Origin: Candidatus Eiseniibacteriota bacterium
Lineage (GTDB): Bacteria; Eisenbacteria; RBG-16-71-46; CAZEPH01
Direction of reading: 5' to 3'
Length of the DNA stretch: 11,521 nucleotides
NCBI GenBank assembly: GCA_044229145.1
Contig: JBGATO010000101.1
Span: 1-11,521, forward strand
Positions 6,426-11,521 of the stretch are shown here, one piece after another. Under the pieces are notes generated by a model. It was not told the DNA's origin. It was given only the letters and a program-made list of their open reading frames with translations, and did not search any database. A program made the position numbers and the translations under genes. How positions within the stretch are numbered: the stretch's first letter is position 1; every line of letters starts with the position of its first letter.

Positions 6426-7403
6426 GTGATCGCCACCAGCAACGGTAGTTATCCGAAGATTTTCGATCGCCCGAAGCCGGCGCGCGTCCGTAAGGCCATC
6501 GCCGATTTCGAGCAGGGCAAGATCACCAAGGACGATCTCGCCCGCATCGAGGACGAAGTCACCGCAGAAGTCATCGACGAGCAGATCCGTGCCGGCGTCG
6601 GCATGGTGACCGACGGCATGATCCGCTGGAGCGACCCGCTGACCTACTTCGCGGGCAAGCTGGACGGCATCCAGATCACCGGCCTGCTGCGCTACCTCGA
6701 CACCAACACCTACTTCCGCCAGCCGGTCGCCGAGGGCGCGGTGGGCTGGAAGGCGCCGGTGCTGGTGCGTGACTACGAGTTCGCCAAGGCGCACTCCACG
6801 GTGCCGGTAAAGATGATCCTGCCGGGTCCGTACACGCTGGGCCGCCTGTCGCTGGCGAAGAACGGCACCAAGAAGCAGCTGGTGATGCAGTTCGCCGCGG
6901 CGCTCAACCAGGAAGCCAAGGCGCTCGCCGCCGCCGGCTGTCCGCTGATCCAGTTCGACGAGCCGATGGTGCTGCACCAGAAGGACGACTACGGCCTGTT
7001 CGCCGAGGCGCTCGCCGCCGCGGTGCAGGGCGTGAACTGCGAGACGGCCGTCAACTTCTTCTTCGCCGCCATCGACCCGCTGTACCCGAAGATCCTCGAC
7101 CTGCCGGTGTCCACCATCGCGCTCGACTTCGCGTACCACACGGCGAAGCCGAACCTGAAGGCGATCCAGGCCGCCCCGTTCACCAAGAAGCTCATCGCCG
7201 GCCTGATCGACGCGCGCAACACGCTGGTCGAAGGCGTCGACGAGACGGTGGAGTTGGTGCGCGTGCTCACCGAAACCGTGTCGCCGGAGAACATGGCCGT
7301 GGCGCCGAACACGAGCCTCGAGTTCGTGCCGCGCGACACCGCATTCCTCAAGCTCGCGCGCTGTGCGGAGGTGGCTGCCAAGGCAACGGAGGTGCTGGTA
7401 TGA
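6426..7403 (+). CDS. Split cobalamin-independent methionine synthase, non-catalytic (MetE N-terminal-like, folate-binding) subunit, about 325 aa
   Basis: GTG at 6426 with CAGGAG SD. Motifs GSYPK, EQIRAGVGMVTDG, LRYLDTNTYFRQPV (cf. MetE KWFDTNYHY), LPGPYTL and IQFDEP. The Zn-ligand motifs are degenerate: NFFFA in place of HxCxG and PNTSL in place of PDCGL. Confidence 0.85.
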   Translation: MIATSNGSYPKIFDRPKPARVRKAIADFEQGKITKDDLARIEDEVTAEVIDEQIRAGVGMVTDGMIRWSDPLTYFAGKLDGIQITGLLRYLDTNTYFRQPVAEGAVGWKAPVLVRDYEFAKAHSTVPVKMILPGPYTLGRLSLAKNGTKKQLVMQFAAALNQEAKALAAAGCPLIQFDEPMVLHQKDDYGLFAEALAAAVQGVNCETAVNFFFAAIDPLYPKILDLPVSTIALDFAYHTAKPNLKAIQAAPFTKKLIAGLIDARNTLVEGVDETVELVRVLTETVSPENMAVAPNTSLEFVPRDTAFLKLARCAEVAAKATEVLV

Positions 7404-8380
7404 GTGACGGACTGCTGACCACCTCCGTCGGATCGTTCCCGAAGACGCCGGCGCTCGCCTCGCTGCGCAATCAGTTCGCCGCCGGCAAGATCGGCCGCGA
7501 CGAGCTGACCGCCGAGGAGCGCAAGGCCACCGAGTACATGATCCGCACGCAGGAGGAGATCGGCGTCGACATCCTGGTCGACGGCGAGATGTACCGCGGC
7601 GACATGGCGACCTACTTCGCCGAGAGCTGGGACGGCTTCACCATCTCGGGCCTCGTGCGCTCGTACGGCAACCGCTACTACCGCAAGCCGATCGTCACCG
7701 GGCCGGTCGGCCGTCCGGCGCCGGTCACGCTCGACTGGTGGAAGTACGCGCAGTCGCTCACGCCGAAGCCGGTGAAGGGTATGCTCACCGGCCCGTACAC
7801 GATGATGGACTGGTCGTTCGACGAGTACTATGGCTCGCGCGAGAAGGTCGCCTACGCGATCGCCGAGCTGGTGCGCGACGAAGTGCACGACTTGGCCAAG
7901 GCCGGCTGCAAATACATCCAGATCGACGAGCCGGCGATCAGCGTGCGCCCGGAAGAATTGCCGATGGCGATCAAGGCGATGGACATCGTGACGAACGGCT
8001 TGCCGAGCGACGTCATCACCATCAGCCACATCTGCTACGGCGACTTCACGACGATCTACCCGCAGATCCTCGATCTGCCGGTGCACATGCTCGACCTCGA
8101 ACTGGCGAACTCGCACTACGACCTGCTCGAGGAGTTCAAGAAGCACAAGTACACCAAGCTGATTGGCTACGGCTGCGTCGACGTGCACTCGCACCGTCTC
8201 GAGACGGTCGAGGAAGTGCGCGACGGCATCCTCAAGGGCTTGGAGGTCATGTCGGCCGAGCAGATTTACCCGGACCCCGACTGCGGCCTCAAGACCCGCA
8301 CCATCGAGGAGAGCTGGGACAAGATGCGCACCATCGTGCAGGCCGTGCGCGAGGTGAAGGCGATGGTGGCGAGCCGCTAA
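7400..8380 (+). CDS. Split cobalamin-independent methionine synthase, catalytic Zn-binding subunit (326 aa)
   Basis: Motifs TTSVGSFPK, DILVDGEMYRGDM, VRSYGNRYYRKP, KGMLTGPYTM, IQIDEPA, HICYG, LE and PDCGLKTR. ATGA overlap with the upstream gene. Confidence 0.93.
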   Translation: MSDGLLTTSVGSFPKTPALASLRNQFAAGKIGRDELTAEERKATEYMIRTQEEIGVDILVDGEMYRGDMATYFAESWDGFTISGLVRSYGNRYYRKPIVTGPVGRPAPVTLDWWKYAQSLTPKPVKGMLTGPYTMMDWSFDEYYGSREKVAYAIAELVRDEVHDLAKAGCKYIQIDEPAISVRPEELPMAIKAMDIVTNGLPSDVITISHICYGDFTTIYPQILDLPVHMLDLELANSHYDLLEEFKKHKYTKLIGYGCVDVHSHRLETVEEVRDGILKGLEVMSAEQIYPDPDCGLKTRTIEESWDKMRTIVQAVREVKAMVASR

Positions 8381-8407
8381 GCGGCCCCTCGTCGTCCGAT
8401 GAACGAC

Positions 8408-8458
8408 GCGCGCCGCGGCACCGGCCGAAAGGTCATCGCCGCGGCGCGCTCGATTTTC
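8408..8458 (+). terminator. Hairpin after the split metE operon; probable intrinsic terminator
   Basis: Perfect 12-bp stem GCGCGCCGCGGC 8408-8419 / 8438-8449, capped by a GGCC-GAAA-GGTC GNRA mini-hairpin and followed by TCGATTTT. Confidence 0.55.
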
Positions 8459-8502
8459 CGGCGCCAGCGCGCGCCGCGACTGGAAGGAGCGTCAGTCCTC
8501 TC

Positions 8503-9522
8503 GTGAGCACTGCACACGACACCGAACTCTACGATCTCACGCTGATCGGCGGCGGGCCGGTCGGCCTCTTCGGCCTGTTCTACTCCGGCATGCGCGGCAT
8601 GAAGGTGAAGGTGATCGACAGCCTGGCCGAACTCGGCGGGCAGCTCGCCGCGCTGTATCCCGACAAGTACATCTACGACGTCGCCGGCTTCCGCAAGGTG
8701 CTGGCGCGCGATCTGGTGAACGGGCTCAAGGAGCAGGCGCTGCAGTTCTCGCCCACCGTGTGCCTCGAGGAGAAGGTCGTCGGGTACGAGCAGCGCGGCG
8801 AGAACCACATCGTGCTGACCACCGAGGCCGGACGCGAACACCACACCAAGACGGTATTGATCACCGCCGGCGTCGGCGCGTTCGCACCGCGCCGCCTCGA
8901 GGACCCGGCGCTCGCCGCGTACGAGGGGCACGGACTGCACTATGTGATCCGCGATCTCGAAACCTTCCGCGGCCGCCGCGTGCTGATCGCCGGCGGCGGC
9001 GACAGCGCGGTGGACTGGGCGCAGCACATCGAGCCGCTGGCGTCGCAGTCGACGCTGATCCATCGCCGCGACAGCTTCCGCGCGCACGAGGACAGCGTGA
9101 ACAAGCTGCTCGCCTCGTCGTGCAAGGTCATCCTCTTCCACGAACTGCGCACCATCCAAGGCGATGGCCGCGTCGAGCGCGCGGTGATCTACGACAATCG
9201 CACGCAGGAAGAGACGGTGATCGAGGTGGACGACGTCGTCGTCAACTTCGGCTTCCGCGCGAACCTCGGCACGCTCAAGACGTGGGGCATGGAGATCCAG
9301 GGCAACTCGATCTGCGTGTCGCAGACGCTCGAAACCGCGCTGCCGGGCGTGTACGCGGCCGGCGACGTGTGCTCGTACCCCGGCAAGCTCAAGTTGATCG
9401 CCACCGGCGTCGGCGAAGCCGCCACCGCCGTCTGCCAGGCGAAGATGCGCATCGATCCAGGCGCGCACTACTTCCCGGGCCACTCGAGCGACTCGAAGAC
9501 GTTCGAGGCGAAGGGACACTGA
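8503..9522 (+). CDS. Ferredoxin/flavodoxin-NADP+ reductase, thioredoxin-reductase-like type (YumC family), about 339 aa
   Basis: GTG start at 8503. Motifs IGGGPVGLF, LGGQLAALYPDKYIYDVAGF, GGGDSAVDWA, HRRDSFRAHE, GKLKLIATG.GEA and PGHSS. No CxxC, so not a true TrxR. Confidence 0.92.
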   Translation: MSTAHDTELYDLTLIGGGPVGLFGLFYSGMRGMKVKVIDSLAELGGQLAALYPDKYIYDVAGFRKVLARDLVNGLKEQALQFSPTVCLEEKVVGYEQRGENHIVLTTEAGREHHTKTVLITAGVGAFAPRRLEDPALAAYEGHGLHYVIRDLETFRGRRVLIAGGGDSAVDWAQHIEPLASQSTLIHRRDSFRAHEDSVNKLLASSCKVILFHELRTIQGDGRVERAVIYDNRTQEETVIEVDDVVVNFGFRANLGTLKTWGMEIQGNSICVSQTLETALPGVYAAGDVCSYPGKLKLIATGVGEAATAVCQAKMRIDPGAHYFPGHSSDSKTFEAKGH

Positions 9523-9527
9523 GACGG

Positions 9528-9559
9528 CGACGCGGCGGGCGGAGTCGCTCGCCGCGTCG
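9528..9559 (+). terminator. GC-rich hairpin immediately after the FNR stop
   Basis: 14-bp stem 9528-9541 / 9546-9559 with one G-U pair and a GAGT loop. No U-tract. Confidence 0.45.
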
Positions 9560-9676
9560 AGCCTGCCGGAGCCGAACTCCCACCACCTCGCGCGTCGCCG
9601 CGAACCTTTTCCTCGCCCGCGGCATTCTGATGGAACGTCGCCCCCATCGATCACACCCCTCGAGGATGCGCATCGC

Positions 9677-10711
9677 ATGAAACGCCTTCGCAGCACACTG
9701 TTCGCCGTCGCACTGGTGGCGGCTTTGGCGCCGGGATGCCGGTCGGCGCAGACGACCCGCGCCGCCTCGCCGGTCACGCCGCACTACTCCGGCGCCGGCT
9801 ACGATCTCACGCCGATGACGCCGGCGCAGATCGACGCGGTGGTGAAGACGCTGTCGCCCGAGCAGGTCGAGGTGACGCAGCACGCGGGCACTGAGCCCGC
9901 CGGTACGGGCATCTACGCGCACGAAACGCGCAAGGGCACGTACGTGTCGGTAGTGAGCGGGCTGCCGTTGTTCCGCAGCGCCGACAAGTACGACAGCGGC
10001 ACCGGCTGGCCGTCGTTCACGCGGCCGTTCGATCGCGAGCACGTGATCCTCAAGCCGGATCGCAGCCTCGGCATGGATCGCGTCGAAGTGCTCGATGCGA
10101 AATCGGGCGCGCACCTCGGACACGTGTTCGACGACGGACCAGCGCCGACGCATCAGCGCTACTGCATGAATTCGGCGGCGCTGCGTTTCGTGCCGGACGG
10201 CGAGGCGTTGCCGGTGATACCGGTGAAGGCCGAGGTCGCGTACTTTGCCGGCGGCTGCTTCTGGGGCGTCGAGGACGTGTTCGAGCAGGTGCCTGGCGTG
10301 CTCGACGCGGTGTCGGGCTACATGGGCGGCACCGTGGATCACCCGACGTACGAGCAAGTCTCGTCGCACGAGACCGGCCACGCCGAAACGGTGCGCGTGC
10401 GGTTCGATCCGGCGCGCGTGTCGTACGGCAAGCTGCTCGAGATCTTCTTCATGAACCACGACCCGACGCAGGTGGATCGCCAAGGGCCGGACATCGGCAG
10501 CAACTACCGCTCGGCGATCTTCGCGGCGAACAAGGCGCAGGCGGACAGCGCGCGCGCGTTCCTCGCCGCACAGCGGAAATCGGCGCGATTCGCGGGGCGC
10601 ACCATCGCCACGCAGGTGGTGGCGCCGGGGCCGGCGTTCTGGGAGGCCGAGGGCTACCACCAGGACTACCACAAGATTCACGGCGGCTCGTGCAAGGTGA
10701 AAGGTTTGTAG
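9677..10711 (+). CDS. msrAB: Exported bifunctional methionine sulfoxide reductase, MsrB-MsrA fusion (344 aa)
   Basis: Signal/lipoprotein-like N-terminus (MKRLRSTLFAVALVAALAPGC). MsrB motifs GTE, KYDSGTGWPSF, HLGHVFDDGP and RYCMNS. MsrA motifs GGCFWG, GHAE, DPTQ..RQGPDIG..YRS and AEGYHQDY. Confidence 0.95.
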   Translation: MKRLRSTLFAVALVAALAPGCRSAQTTRAASPVTPHYSGAGYDLTPMTPAQIDAVVKTLSPEQVEVTQHAGTEPAGTGIYAHETRKGTYVSVVSGLPLFRSADKYDSGTGWPSFTRPFDREHVILKPDRSLGMDRVEVLDAKSGAHLGHVFDDGPAPTHQRYCMNSAALRFVPDGEALPVIPVKAEVAYFAGGCFWGVEDVFEQVPGVLDAVSGYMGGTVDHPTYEQVSSHETGHAETVRVRFDPARVSYGKLLEIFFMNHDPTQVDRQGPDIGSNYRSAIFAANKAQADSARAFLAAQRKSARFAGRTIATQVVAPGPAFWEAEGYHQDYHKIHGGSCKVKGL

Positions 10712-10718
10712 ATGCGAC

Positions 10719-10746
10719 GCGGGGGCGGCACCGTGCCCGCCCCCGC
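10719..10746. terminator. Hairpin between convergent genes; possible bidirectional terminator
   Basis: GCGGGGGCGGCA-CCG-TGCCCGCCCCCGC stem with one bulge, lying between the stops at 10711 and 10764. Confidence 0.5.
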
Positions 10747-10763
10747 TCCTCACCGTGCCTCGC

Positions 10764-11447
10764 TCAGCGCGTGCCGGTCAGATAGCGTGCCTTCAGCGCT
10801 CCCCACGTGGACGGACGTGCCGGCACGCTGGAGGGTAGCTCGAAGAGGTCGACGAACTCCTGGAGGTGCGACCCTTCGTCGGTGACCGCCGCCGCGGCGT
10901 AGCGCAGATTCCCGATCGCATCAGGGACGCCCGGCCCCGGGAGGCAGGCGATCGACAGCAGCGCGCTCGGCGGACGGTGAAGCTCCTGGTTCACGCGGAC
11001 CTCGCCGTCGACGTCGTTGTCCATGAAGAGCCACAAGTGCTCCCACACGAGATCGGCCGGCGTGATGAGATCGTCATTGTCGGTGTCGAACACCTTGAGC
11101 ATTCCGGCGCCGTCGGCCGGCGTCCAGGCGGTGCCCTTCGGATCGACGATGCGGAAGCCGGGACGGAACATGAGCAGGCCGCCCGCCGCCTGGCCGTTCT
11201 CGCTGACCTGATAGCCGGCCGCGCCGATGGTTGCGGCGTCGAGCATGAGGAAGCAGTCGTCGGTCATCGGCGCGGTCCACGCGGTGTGCGTCGCGGTGCC
11301 GTGCACGAGTGTGGTCACGACGTCGTGGGTGAGATCGTTCCCGTCGTCGGCCATGTCGATGAGGATGCCGTTGATTTGGGCGTGGGACGCCGACGCGAGG
11401 AGCGCCGCGGCGCCGAGCGCGAGCGGCAGCGCGAGGGGGCGAAGCAT
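10764..11447 (-). CDS. Secreted protein with EF-hand-like Ca-binding loops and C-terminal TWGxxKxxY tail (227 aa)
   Basis: GGAGGT SD. Signal peptide ends in ASHA. Motifs LIDMADDG, AW...DD.FLMLD and FDTDNDDLITPAD.VW..L.LF.DND.DGE...EL. Ends in VPARPSTWGALKARY. Confidence 0.75.
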   Translation of the reverse strand: MLRPLALPLALGAAALLASASHAQINGILIDMADDGNDLTHDVVTTLVHGTATHTAWTAPMTDDCFLMLDAATIGAAGYQVSENGQAAGGLLMFRPGFRIVDPKGTAWTPADGAGMLKVFDTDNDDLITPADLVWEHLWLFMDNDVDGEVRVNQELHRPPSALLSIACLPGPGVPDAIGNLRYAAAAVTDEGSHLQEFVDLFELPSSVPARPSTWGALKARYLTGTR

Positions 11448-11521
11448 GAGGACACCTCCAGAGGGGACGGGGTGCGCCGTGCGGATCTGGTATCCGCGGC
11501 CACCCCGTGGACATCAGCATA

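Noticed and set aside
7380..7420. Possibility that the two metE halves are one frameshifted or pseudogenised metE
   Set aside because: There is a clean ATGA overlap with a GGAGGT SD-like sequence upstream of the second ATG. Each half starts with its own GS[YF]PK motif, and the long MetE inter-domain linker is absent.
7738..8502. Apparent 255-aa N-terminal extension of the FNR ORF (594 aa in the track)
   Set aside because: It is an off-frame overlap with the catalytic metE gene. FNR homology starts near GTG 8503, which has an upstream AAGGAG.
8503..9522. Thioredoxin reductase (trxB) annotation
   Set aside because: It lacks the CxxC active site and has the YumC/FNR-specific YPxKxIYD and GHSS motifs.
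9602..9630. ECF/sigmaE-like promoter GAACCT...TCTGA before msrBA
   Set aside because: The 18-bp spacer is longer than the usual 16 or so. Too weak to call.
853..10753. Many long Arg/Ala-rich alternative-frame ORFs (e.g. 853-1782, 2490-3674, 4713-5822, 6989-8194, 8377-9777, 9389-10753)
   Set aside because: Expected stop-poor shadow frames in high-GC DNA. Each overlaps a well-supported gene.
1..11521. CRISPR array, IS element or selenocysteine readthrough
   Set aside because: No regularly spaced DNA repeats, no transposase, and no in-frame TGA at the catalytic Cys positions of Msr or the CMD protein. The Kelch repeats are protein-level only.

Overview
GC-rich bacterial window, probably from an FCB-group lineage such as Ca. 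Eisenbacteria/Latescibacteria/Krumholzibacteria. That placement is inferred only from two C-terminal protein motifs. At the left end is the boundary of an integrative element: a partial P4-type tyrosine integrase (minus strand, missed by the ORF track) directly downstream of an intact tRNA-Phe(GAA). Next is a minus-strand gene run, in transcription order: membrane protein A, a ribbon-helix-helix protein, membrane protein B (paralog of A), a CMD/AhpD-like protein with TxxC instead of CxxC, and an OmpW-family beta-barrel. On the plus strand follow a secreted 12-repeat Kelch-like beta-propeller with a FlgD-Ig-like tail, a two-gene 'split MetE' methionine synthase behind a long structured leader, a TrxR-like ferredoxin-NADP+ reductase, and an exported MsrB-MsrA fusion. 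A convergent secreted Ca-binding-like protein ending in a TWGxxKxxY tail closes the window. The best candidates for undescribed biology are the paralog-RHH-paralog-CMD-OmpW module, the split-MetE leader RNA, and the C-terminal sorting-like motifs.
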